Part shown: positions 24,669 through 33,539 of the stretch, in pieces
Layout: each line of letters opens with the position of its first letter
Position numbering within the stretch: the stretch's first letter is position 1
From: an uncultured Rhodobacterales bacterium
GTDB taxonomy: Bacteria > Pseudomonadota > Alphaproteobacteria > Rhodobacterales > Rhodobacteraceae
Direction of reading: 5' to 3'
Length of the DNA: 41,397 nt
NCBI GenBank assembly: GCA_937901055.1
Contig: CALCGO010000023.1
Coordinates: forward strand, 1 to 41,397
Made by a program: the position numbers and the translations under genes
Notes under the pieces: generated by a model
What the model saw: only the letters and a program-made list of their open reading frames with translations
The model's database searches: none
Told to the model about the DNA's origin: nothing

Positions 24669-25210
24669 CGCGCCCCCACGGTTGCGCTTGAGACTTGCAG
24701 CGCCTGATCGTCGTCAGTACCAACAGTCATAACGCGGCCGGTTCCAAAGACCAGCCGTATGTTTACTAGGTAACGACCAATGCGGTCGAGATCTTCGGGC
24801 CCCCATTCACGCCAGACTTGATTTGAACTGTAGTCAACATCAAGATCAAAGACCCTGCGATCCTGCACTCCACCAAAAGCTGACATCCCGCTCAAGATCA
24901 ACGTGGCCCGCATTACTGACGTGAGATCTAACTCCAAGTTGGGCTTATCAAGCGGGATAATCGACGCTTCAAAGCGCCGAGCCGTGTCGTGTGCCCTGTA
25001 ATGCCAAGACACTGCGTGCGGGCGCGATGATGAGCCAGGCAGAATGACGTAGTTGACGCCAGGCAAAGCGCTTTCACCGCGAATCTGCCCGTATGTTTGA
25101 TCTTCGCCACCGTAGTAGCCGGTGCCGTAGTATCCGTCAGAAGTCGCGAAGCTACCCAATACAAAACGCAGATCTAGTGTCCGCGATTTATCGAGGTCCG
25201 CGGTTTCCAT
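24665..25210 (-). CDS. Virion-associated protein with a BppU-N-like C-terminal half, 181 aa
   Basis: TAATG-coupled start at 25210; DT.R.F, LDLTSV, WGPEDLDRIGRY parallel the neighbouring gene; YYGTGYYGG motif. Confidence 0.6.
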   Translation of the reverse strand: METADLDKSRTLDLRFVLGSFATSDGYYGTGYYGGEDQTYGQIRGESALPGVNYVILPGSSSRPHAVSWHYRAHDTARRFEASIIPLDKPNLELDLTSVMRATLILSGMSAFGGVQDRRVFDLDVDYSSNQVWREWGPEDLDRIGRYLVNIRLVFGTGRVMTVGTDDDQALQVSSATVGAR

Positions 25211-26076
25211 TAGAACGCAATACCCAACACGTCGAAAACGACACCAGCGCACACCTTGCCTGGGTGCTGCGGGCTCACAATTTTGTAACTGATGTCCCAG
25301 TTACTTTGATTAACTGGACAAATCACCATGTTTGCAGTTGCATGACTGACCGGAACAACCGTGTCCGCATACAAACCGCCGTACTCCCAAAGATACGCTT
25401 CACCGTTGACGTTGCGAATTGGCGAGCTTGTAACTGAAACTGAACTCGGATTAAAGTTTACAAACGATACTTCGTTAAAGGCAGAGCCTTTTGCTGACAC
25501 TATTAAGTGACCATTTGTTTCTCCGCCAACAACAACAGCGTTAACGTACAACGCTTTTGCCTTTTTCTTATTGCCAAACGAGTCAGTTTGAGTCATTGAT
25601 ACGCCGCCAATAGTGTCCGGCACGTCTACGTCATACGTCGTATTTGCCAGTGTTGTGTCCGGCTTGTATTTAGATTCCCTGGAATCGTAAATCCTTGTCG
25701 GGGTGCACAGTGTGGCGTTCACATGAAAGTGATTAGCTGGAGCATAATCATCTAGGTCATGCTCATGATCAACCCGAGAATAGTCTTTGTCGTGATCCTT
25801 ACTCCCCGCAGCTTTGTGAGTGTCTAAAGCGCTACTAACTTTCTCCACCTCTGCGTCGGTGTAATCCTTAGCAGTCTCAGCGTTCTCGTTAACGTCGAGG
25901 TCAGACTGATTAAGCCGATCAGTTACGTTGTTGTGGTCGCCAGACGGATTACCGCCAAGCTCATTCAGAACATCGGTCAACGCATACGAAATCAAGTTGT
26001 GATCTAGGGGATGGTTGTTCACCATCGGATCAGTATTAGTTCGCGTGTGCGGTGGTACTTCCGGTGGATAGGCCAC
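25210..26076 (-). CDS. Putative fibre/spike protein, 288 aa
   Basis: Coiled segment with AKDYTD, HxH motifs, C-terminal PTRIYDSR...VNAVVV...VSFVNF...AN domain. Confidence 0.6.
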   Translation of the reverse strand: MAYPPEVPPHTRTNTDPMVNNHPLDHNLISYALTDVLNELGGNPSGDHNNVTDRLNQSDLDVNENAETAKDYTDAEVEKVSSALDTHKAAGSKDHDKDYSRVDHEHDLDDYAPANHFHVNATLCTPTRIYDSRESKYKPDTTLANTTYDVDVPDTIGGVSMTQTDSFGNKKKAKALYVNAVVVGGETNGHLIVSAKGSAFNEVSFVNFNPSSVSVTSSPIRNVNGEAYLWEYGGLYADTVVPVSHATANMVICPVNQSNWDISYKIVSPQHPGKVCAGVVFDVLGIAF

Positions 26077-26087
26077 TGTCGGGCTCC

Positions 26088-29000
26088 TTACGATTCTTGT
26101 CTGTCTCGACGGCGTTGGTTTTGAATTGCTTGTCTTCTCACTTGCTCTTCATACCTACTCTGATCAAATGGCATCTGAGGCAAGCCAAGCCCGCTAAAGA
26201 TTTTATTCAGCGATGTTGTATTATTTGTTGTCGTTCTTCGCACATCACCGGAGTCAAAACTACCACTTGTGAACTCACGCTTACCTCGACCGTTTGGCCC
26301 AGTGCCTTCAACCTGAGATAGAACAGCATCGCGAAGCAACGCCGATTGACCTGTCATTCCTGACAACTTGTACCCAATTTCGCCCAGGCCACCTTTAAAG
26401 TCACCTTCGTACATGCGTTTAAACGCACTTGTTGGCTGCACGTTAAGCCACGATGTCAGCATTCCCTGATCATTTGGTCGCGTCTGCGTGTTGCCCGATC
26501 CGATATCTGCGGAGAACAGCAGTTCAGCCGCAAACTTTGGAACAGGATTTATCGCACCGCCAATGTTGTTCGAAAATGGGCTGAGAGGGCTCTTAAGCGG
26601 CGACTCAAACGGGTTAGCCCCTTGTAGAGCGTTAGTCCTACCCCAAGGCGTCGTGAGAGAATTGCCAAACTGAGCCGCCCACTCAGGGTTTTGATCTTCT
26701 TCGTCCACCATCACGTCGTAGATCTTCACAAGCAATCCAGCACGCGCCGGATTGGAAATCGGTAGCCGCAGAGTCATTGTTATTTGGTGACGCAGCCAAG
26801 GGTAGAACGGGATCAGTCGTTTGATAAAACTTTTTTCCATTTTTGTCAAACGAGTGAAGTCACCAAGAGCTTTCAGGGTGTTCTCAATTGCTTTCTGCTG
26901 AACCTCTGGCACTGACTCATCGACCTGAGCTTTGAGTGTGGGATCTAAATCATCAGTGCGACCCAATCCGTTGTTTGCGCGAGCATCCTGCCCGACTTTA
27001 TTCATGCCGCGATCAAACTCAAGCTGATACACAGCCGCACGGAACATCGAGTCAACCGTTGCGTTGATGCGATAGCCGGTACGAACAGCAGTCGCAGTGC
27101 CTTCTAAGACTTTAGACCTAGCAGCGCCAATACCGATGACATCTTGAGCAACAGCAAGCTGAGCTTCAAGCGATTGGCGATCTGATGGGTTCAAGTTTGG
27201 GTCTTCAAGTTTTGCTTCTAGGTCCGCGATCTCGGCTTTAGCTTTAACAGTTGACTCGCGACGATTCCTCACATAATCAGGGTCAGACATCAAAGCTGCG
27301 CCACGCTGCAATCCCATCTCGGGATTTTGATTACCATTGTTAATGCCGTGATACTCCGACAATGAGTAGTTGGTTTGATTCAATCGACGGGGCATGTTAC
27401 TTATCGCGCCGTCGTTCTTTTGGATCTGCTTTATTGTGTCAAAGTACGACACAGGCTGACCCAATTCTTTCTGCAAGTGGGTGCGTTCTTCGTCAAGCAC
27501 CTTCTTCATTGCGCCAGCAATTTCACCTAGCGAATTGCTTACATTGCCAGAAGAAATTGCGGCCATTGCAAGGTTGCCAAAGACATTGTTGATGAGCCAC
27601 ATCGCACGAATTGGAAGAACAGTAAACTTCCACATAGATGTCAAAGCGTCAGCGCCTTGCCAGAACCGGCTCGTTTGAGCCGCGTCTAGTTCCGTAGCAA
27701 CAACCTCTGCCACTTCTCTTCTGATCACTTTCATTGTTGAAAGATCGTGAGCGTCAACTTGGTGTTGCCACAAAGGATCACCAACAGTGTCTTCGCTAAA
27801 GGTTCTCCAGGGATCAGTCGCACTATTAGTCGCTGCGCCTTTAAGATCTCCACGAGGTTGAGCCACAAGCTGCCAGCCTGATTCAGCCGCCGCATTTCCT
27901 ATGGCAGTAAGCGTGGGTTTGCCACCGTTCTCAAACAAGAGTTGGACTCCCGGAATTTTACGCGCGTCCCATGAGAAGTGACCGTCAAACTTTTTGTCGT
28001 TGACAAGAATGCGAACCATTTCAGATCGCATTAATTCATGAGCTTGAAGCATTTCCATCCGCTGATGATTCATGAACTCTGGCGTTACGATGCCTCGACC
28101 AGCGCTGCGTTCAGCGTCAACCTCGCCTACCTTAATTCCTCTAGCAGAAGTGCCAGTTATGTGTCGGCTTGGCGGCGCTGCACCCTGCCCGGTGCGAACG
28201 TAAGGGACACCTTCCAAATTCACCCTCTTGTTGTCAGGGTTGAACAAGCTATTTGGATCTTGATTCTGTTTCAGAATAGATCTCAAATCACCAGGAGTAT
28301 GAGCAAGCTGATGTGAAAGCTGCTGATTTTCCATAATCAGCCTGTCTTTCTTCATCTCGAAACCGCGTATTTCTTCCGTAAGACGCGCCGTTGTCTCCGG
28401 GTCAGTTGTCCGAGCAAGCTCTTTGCGCCGCTCGTAAATATTTTTGTTAGCTCCTTGCAGCAATACGTTGTTGTCTCGCATCATTGCCAATTGAGATTTC
28501 ATTAACTCAACGCTATTTTTTGCGATAACGCGGTAGTTGCGAGGCATGTATTGCATTCGCAGTTTCTGCAAATCAAAATCGTTGTACAACTCGCCGTCAA
28601 GGAACTTCACTGTGTCCTTAAATGAATCCACAAAAACGTCATTTAAGTCATTGAGCAGGTCATTGCCAATATTTTGAGTGGCTTCCCGCATGTCGGGGCG
28701 TCGCGATGAAGTGAAAGCATCATCTAAAAGCGGTGACCCATTCAGCTTGTCGATAACAGGCTGCTCCATAGCGCGCTCGACTTGGATAATGATTCGTTGC
28801 TGCAAATCAAGCATCATCGTAAACGACGCCGAAGCAGGATCAAGCGGTCCTTTGTTTAGATCTACTTTCCCAGCATTAATTGCGTCGTTAATGTAAGTAT
28901 TAAGGTCTTGTTTGACTAACTCGTTAATAAGATCCTGTCGCATTTGCGGAGAGATCTCATTCCAATAACCCTTTTCTTCCATTATTCGGAATAGTTCACC

Positions 29001-32000
29001 CTGAATCGGACTGCCTTCTCCAAGGTAATCATCTATACTGGATGCCGAATTGGGATCAATCTGACGCCGCTGGACGCGCTGCCCAAGCGTATTTTTAATA
29101 ACTTCGCTAGGCCGTGTGCGGGTTCCATTCAACTCAGCATCGACAAGAACGTTATCCAAGTGCTTAAGCATCTTGTCAATTACGGAGTAGGGCTGGATCG
29201 AGATTGTGGTTTCTCCTCCCACTTTCCGTTGAGCCCTTACCCAGCCAGCGTTAGGCGGGACAGGAATATTCTCATGGCCAGAGGCTTTGCCCGCAGTGTC
29301 TTTATTGAATTGTTGATTAACGAGCTCGCGAACAATTTCGGCTTGATGGGCCAGGTGCTGTGACATTGAAACAGCAAGGGGTTGATTCAACGTCTTTTCC
29401 GGCGCGTTAACCAAATCGCTTAGCGCCTTAAGCAGCGGCTGCGCTTGAGCCGCCGTCCTCTCATAATCAAGCACTTGCTTTTTCAAGGCACTAATCTCAC
29501 CTTCAAGCACCTGTATTGCGCTTGTTGTGCCGCCATGATCGCGCTCGTAACGCTCGTTCATATCCCGAGTAATGTTGTCTGACTCAGATTTGTAAGTGTT
29601 TACCGCTAGATCTTTTTGAGTTTCGTAAAGCTGATCTTTCGCATCACTAATGCTCTTCTCAAGATCATTCACCATGCTCGTAATGTCTGCATGTATCTCG
29701 TCGTTATATCGGTCCCATCGCGTCGCAACAAGATCATCGCTTGGTAAATACAAGCTGATAGCCTTTGACGTTAGATCTGGCAATGGCTGCGGATTGACCC
29801 GTTGAATTTCTTTGCCGATCTCAACGAAAGCGGGATGAGAAACTGCGTCAGGATCTACAAAACCGATCGGATCTTCCAGCCACTCAACCGGAACAAGCCC
29901 GGTTGCTGGATGATGAATCTCTGTTGAAATCTCGTACTCAACACCGTTGACATCACGGCCTTGGAGTCTTGAAGGAGTTGGGCCGTCAATATCATCGACC
30001 GCACTGCCTGACAATGGGTGAATATGATCCCCTCCCGCGTCAATCTGACGTTGAATAGCCGCCGCATCTTCGGGGGAAAGAAACGCTACTTGGGCACCAC
30101 CACGATCAGAGAGCGCGCCAGTTTCTCCGACCTCCACAGCATTGCCGTCTACGTCAGTCCATGATGCCGCTCTATTTTCTGTCACACCATCAACAGTGGG
30201 GGGCACGTCGTAACGGTCAGCTTCTGGAATGTCCGAGAACTTTCTCGTTTGACCACCCATGTTGTCAGTAAGTTTCATGTGGACATTGGTGCCCGCATCT
30301 TGCACGTTGTATGAGATCTCATCAGCGAATTCATCCAAGTACGCTTTGCGGCGAATCAAGGCGGCGACCTGATCTTCGCCCAGCACCGCATCTTTCTCCA
30401 TTCCGAACATTCTTCCGTCTGCATCGGTTATGGCAAGCATGGCGTCAGCAGCGTTATCAGCTTGTATCCACGCTGTAACGGCTTCGGGGTTAGCTTCCAT
30501 AAAGTTATCAACAGCGTCAGTTACGCCCGCCAAACCTTGCGATGAAAACTCTGCGTGTACTGCTTCATGCAGCATCCCATTAATTTCTGCGTAGGAACCG
30601 TTGTAGTACAGGCCAGTCGATGGGTCGCGATCACCAAGCTCGCTAATAATGCGATCCCTGATTTCCGAAACACTTTGATTAATCTCCGCCGCAAGCGGAC
30701 CATCGCCCCTTGGGTCGGCAAGCTGCTGCAAAATCTTCTCAATAGTCTCAACAGGCAAATCAATGCTGTGCGCCATCAAACCAATTAATTCTTTATCGGC
30801 GTACAAATCACCAAACGAACCATTGTCTTCGCCAATTTTACGGGTTCCTCGATTAGCCGCGTCCGATAAACTCTGGACACCGCGATTCCAAAAAAGTTCC
30901 GGCTGGTTAAACCCATGAACTGAATCAGGCGCTGATTCGCGCCACTCAATATGGGCTTCGTGGTAATGCTCAACTGCCTTTGCGAGTTCAGGAGAGCTAT
31001 CAAAAGGAGCCCAGTTGCTGCCCGAGTCGATGTTGTCAGGACTGGGTGGAGTTACGTCTTCAACCATAATCTTCGATGAAAGATCATCTTGATTTAAGAA
31101 TTCAGCAATAACTTGTGGCGCTATACCGTCGTTCTCCATTACCAACATCATCAATTCACGGCCTTGAGGAGTATCAAAATCCTCTACGCGAGCCATAAAC
31201 TTTTCGTCTGCTTCCCAAGGAAAGCCAGATCTAAGGTTTGCCCCACCGGACTTGTCAAACCACGGCACTCGGAAGTAAATGCTTTCGCCCGCGCGGAATG
31301 TCGTTGATCCATCTCCCCAAAAGTTGCTCAAATTGGATACGAGATAATCTTGTGCTGCCCGGTGACGCAGTTCCAAAATCTTGCTAACGACAGTGCCGAC
31401 AAACTTAATGTCGCCCAATTCTTTCCATTGATCTAGCAGTTCGCCGCGTTGACGGGGATTGATTCGATCAATGAGGAAATCAGTATTTGTGGCACTGGGA
31501 TCTACGCCTAGCGCTTCATTCATTGCTCGGGTTACAGGGTCGTCTGCATTCTCAATGTCTAAAAGCTCTTCTTTTAACGCATCAAGACGGGTTTGACGAC
31601 CCACAATTTTGCGCTCAAGGTCTTCAAGTTTTCTCTTGTCCGCTTCTATTTCGTCAGCCGTCCGTTTCGCTCTATCGCTGGCATTCATATCCGTATAGCG
31701 AGTTATCTGACTGTTCTTAAATTCAATATCCAATCGTGCTTGTTGAGCGCGATCATTGCTCTGATTGATTTCGCGTTCAAGCCTTTTTACTTCATTTTGA
31801 ATTTGGTCTGTCTCGTACAGCAACGCATGTTCCGCTTCCGGTGACAAAGAGTTGGTTACCTCCTCACCGACGTAGGGGCTAAGAACAGGTTCCTCTAATG
31901 CTGATTTGTTCAAACGGCCAGATTCAACCAACTTTTTAGCGTTTGCGTCCCCTTGTTCGGCAAGCGCTTCAATGGTCCTGCTGATCGCAAGTAGTTCCTG

Positions 32001-33539
32001 TTCAGGCAATGCGCCGCTCATGTAATCAGCGGCCATTTTGATGTCGTCTAGGGTCAGCTTTGTTTTGTCGTCAATCTCCATGCCTGCGCGGGCACGTTCC
32101 GATATCTGCGGATTGCTGTCACTAAGGTTGCTCTCGCCGTCATTGAATCGTTTGAGAAGAGAATTAATAAAATCGTCTGCGTTAATATTTGAGTTCTTCC
32201 TTGCACTGTCATACGCTCTAATCCACTCCTGCAACGTGCCAGCCGTCAGGTTGGTCACAACTCGGGCAATCTCTGGCCTTACAGGCCCGCCTAATTTGTT
32301 CTCAACATGATCGTTGAAAACCTTTTGAGGCCCAGTAGCAGTTTCTTCGTACTTAGCTTTTTCATTCAGCAATTTATTTTGGAGATCGTGCTTCATAAAC
32401 TTGTCGCGGTAACGAGAAGCAGCACCTGCCAGTACATCGTTTAAATTCTTTCTGTTCTTGACCTTGCCGTTCTTGTCAACAACTTGTGTTTTACGGCCTT
32501 CGCTGTTGCGTACTCGCTTGGTGTACTTTCTGACAACACGCCACGCAGCGACTGCCGGATCGTAACCATCAGCCTTGTATGAGAAGTTGTCTAAACGATC
32601 AGCGACTCGATCCGCGCGCGACGCAAAGTTGTTAGCCCTTTGTCCTCTGTTTGTTCCCTTATTTCGCGTCGCCCAGTTAAACGTTCGCGAACCCAAGCCA
32701 TAACGAGCAGAGCCAGCAGCGTGAGCTATCCTTGCACCTTGAGAGCCCCTTGAAATTGCGGACGCAACCCTGGTGGCACCAGCAGCCATACCGGCACCAC
32801 CAGCAACCAGGCCAATATCGCCAGCAACAAGTTCAAAAGCGCGATCATTGTTCCAAGCATCGTTAAACTCTTCACGAACTTCGTAATTGATTTGTCGGTT
32901 CCAATCGCCCGCAGCTTCTGGAACAATTCCGTACTGACCGTCCAGCAAAGAATCAACGGTCGGCACGTCTACGCCAACTAGGTCGCCAGCTCTACGAATT
33001 GCACCAATGCCAGGAATAATGCGCTCTGTTAATTCCGGCCCATAAGCAATGGCGCGTCTGCCCATCTTTGGAACCTCCCCTGCCAAACCCTGCGCCGCAG
33101 TGATGCCTGGTCGGTAATAATCCCCTAGGGATACATTAGACCCGTCTTCATTTTTGTCCCAACCGCCCGGCAGATTTTGACCAGTTGCGTACTCAGCTAG
33201 ACCAATAGTTGCGTCAACAGCCATGACCGGCGTATTAAGAATTGTATGGCCCGCAGCCTTAGCTAACTCCGTAATGCCAAGCGCCGTGCCAGTGAAAAAG
33301 TTTCCCGCTTCCCTGAATGTTTTGCCAATAGTAAAATCTTTACGTTCCGTGTTTTGCTGGTTTGCGTTTAATTGCTCTTCACTAAGAGGCCGCGCAGGGC
33401 GTCGATCATCTTCGTCGTCTGCTTGTCGGGGTGAAGACTGTGGGGACACCGAGCGCTGAGAACGCAGTGGACCACTACTACGTTCATTAGTGCTCGATGT
33501 CCCCGACGTGCGGTTCAACATTTCGCTTAGCGAAGCCAT
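26088..33539 (-). CDS. Giant internal virion / ejection protein, 2,483 aa
   Basis: Last of three large genes after the tail cluster; coiled coils; C-terminal WLINNVFGN...DF..LT..EK...KRLIPFYPW pattern seen in large podovirus virion proteins. Confidence 0.75.
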   Translation of the reverse strand: MASLSEMLNRTSGTSSTNERSSGPLRSQRSVSPQSSPRQADDEDDRRPARPLSEEQLNANQQNTERKDFTIGKTFREAGNFFTGTALGITELAKAAGHTILNTPVMAVDATIGLAEYATGQNLPGGWDKNEDGSNVSLGDYYRPGITAAQGLAGEVPKMGRRAIAYGPELTERIIPGIGAIRRAGDLVGVDVPTVDSLLDGQYGIVPEAAGDWNRQINYEVREEFNDAWNNDRAFELVAGDIGLVAGGAGMAAGATRVASAISRGSQGARIAHAAGSARYGLGSRTFNWATRNKGTNRGQRANNFASRADRVADRLDNFSYKADGYDPAVAAWRVVRKYTKRVRNSEGRKTQVVDKNGKVKNRKNLNDVLAGAASRYRDKFMKHDLQNKLLNEKAKYEETATGPQKVFNDHVENKLGGPVRPEIARVVTNLTAGTLQEWIRAYDSARKNSNINADDFINSLLKRFNDGESNLSDSNPQISERARAGMEIDDKTKLTLDDIKMAADYMSGALPEQELLAISRTIEALAEQGDANAKKLVESGRLNKSALEEPVLSPYVGEEVTNSLSPEAEHALLYETDQIQNEVKRLEREINQSNDRAQQARLDIEFKNSQITRYTDMNASDRAKRTADEIEADKRKLEDLERKIVGRQTRLDALKEELLDIENADDPVTRAMNEALGVDPSATNTDFLIDRINPRQRGELLDQWKELGDIKFVGTVVSKILELRHRAAQDYLVSNLSNFWGDGSTTFRAGESIYFRVPWFDKSGGANLRSGFPWEADEKFMARVEDFDTPQGRELMMLVMENDGIAPQVIAEFLNQDDLSSKIMVEDVTPPSPDNIDSGSNWAPFDSSPELAKAVEHYHEAHIEWRESAPDSVHGFNQPELFWNRGVQSLSDAANRGTRKIGEDNGSFGDLYADKELIGLMAHSIDLPVETIEKILQQLADPRGDGPLAAEINQSVSEIRDRIISELGDRDPSTGLYYNGSYAEINGMLHEAVHAEFSSQGLAGVTDAVDNFMEANPEAVTAWIQADNAADAMLAITDADGRMFGMEKDAVLGEDQVAALIRRKAYLDEFADEISYNVQDAGTNVHMKLTDNMGGQTRKFSDIPEADRYDVPPTVDGVTENRAASWTDVDGNAVEVGETGALSDRGGAQVAFLSPEDAAAIQRQIDAGGDHIHPLSGSAVDDIDGPTPSRLQGRDVNGVEYEISTEIHHPATGLVPVEWLEDPIGFVDPDAVSHPAFVEIGKEIQRVNPQPLPDLTSKAISLYLPSDDLVATRWDRYNDEIHADITSMVNDLEKSISDAKDQLYETQKDLAVNTYKSESDNITRDMNERYERDHGGTTSAIQVLEGEISALKKQVLDYERTAAQAQPLLKALSDLVNAPEKTLNQPLAVSMSQHLAHQAEIVRELVNQQFNKDTAGKASGHENIPVPPNAGWVRAQRKVGGETTISIQPYSVIDKMLKHLDNVLVDAELNGTRTRPSEVIKNTLGQRVQRRQIDPNSASSIDDYLGEGSPIQGELFRIMEEKGYWNEISPQMRQDLINELVKQDLNTYINDAINAGKVDLNKGPLDPASASFTMMLDLQQRIIIQVERAMEQPVIDKLNGSPLLDDAFTSSRRPDMREATQNIGNDLLNDLNDVFVDSFKDTVKFLDGELYNDFDLQKLRMQYMPRNYRVIAKNSVELMKSQLAMMRDNNVLLQGANKNIYERRKELARTTDPETTARLTEEIRGFEMKKDRLIMENQQLSHQLAHTPGDLRSILKQNQDPNSLFNPDNKRVNLEGVPYVRTGQGAAPPSRHITGTSARGIKVGEVDAERSAGRGIVTPEFMNHQRMEMLQAHELMRSEMVRILVNDKKFDGHFSWDARKIPGVQLLFENGGKPTLTAIGNAAAESGWQLVAQPRGDLKGAATNSATDPWRTFSEDTVGDPLWQHQVDAHDLSTMKVIRREVAEVVATELDAAQTSRFWQGADALTSMWKFTVLPIRAMWLINNVFGNLAMAAISSGNVSNSLGEIAGAMKKVLDEERTHLQKELGQPVSYFDTIKQIQKNDGAISNMPRRLNQTNYSLSEYHGINNGNQNPEMGLQRGAALMSDPDYVRNRRESTVKAKAEIADLEAKLEDPNLNPSDRQSLEAQLAVAQDVIGIGAARSKVLEGTATAVRTGYRINATVDSMFRAAVYQLEFDRGMNKVGQDARANNGLGRTDDLDPTLKAQVDESVPEVQQKAIENTLKALGDFTRLTKMEKSFIKRLIPFYPWLRHQITMTLRLPISNPARAGLLVKIYDVMVDEEDQNPEWAAQFGNSLTTPWGRTNALQGANPFESPLKSPLSPFSNNIGGAINPVPKFAAELLFSADIGSGNTQTRPNDQGMLTSWLNVQPTSAFKRMYEGDFKGGLGEIGYKLSGMTGQSALLRDAVLSQVEGTGPNGRGKREFTSGSFDSGDVRRTTTNNTTSLNKIFSGLGLPQMPFDQSRYEEQVRRQAIQNQRRRDRQES

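Noticed and set aside
30180-30426. DADGRMF and VDGVTEN in the giant protein resemble the DxxGR motif and motif A of N4/T7-type RNA polymerases
   Set aside because: Spacing looks too short and no RxxxKxxxxxxxYG motif B or convincing motif C follows; likely chance in 2,483 aa unless structure prediction says otherwise
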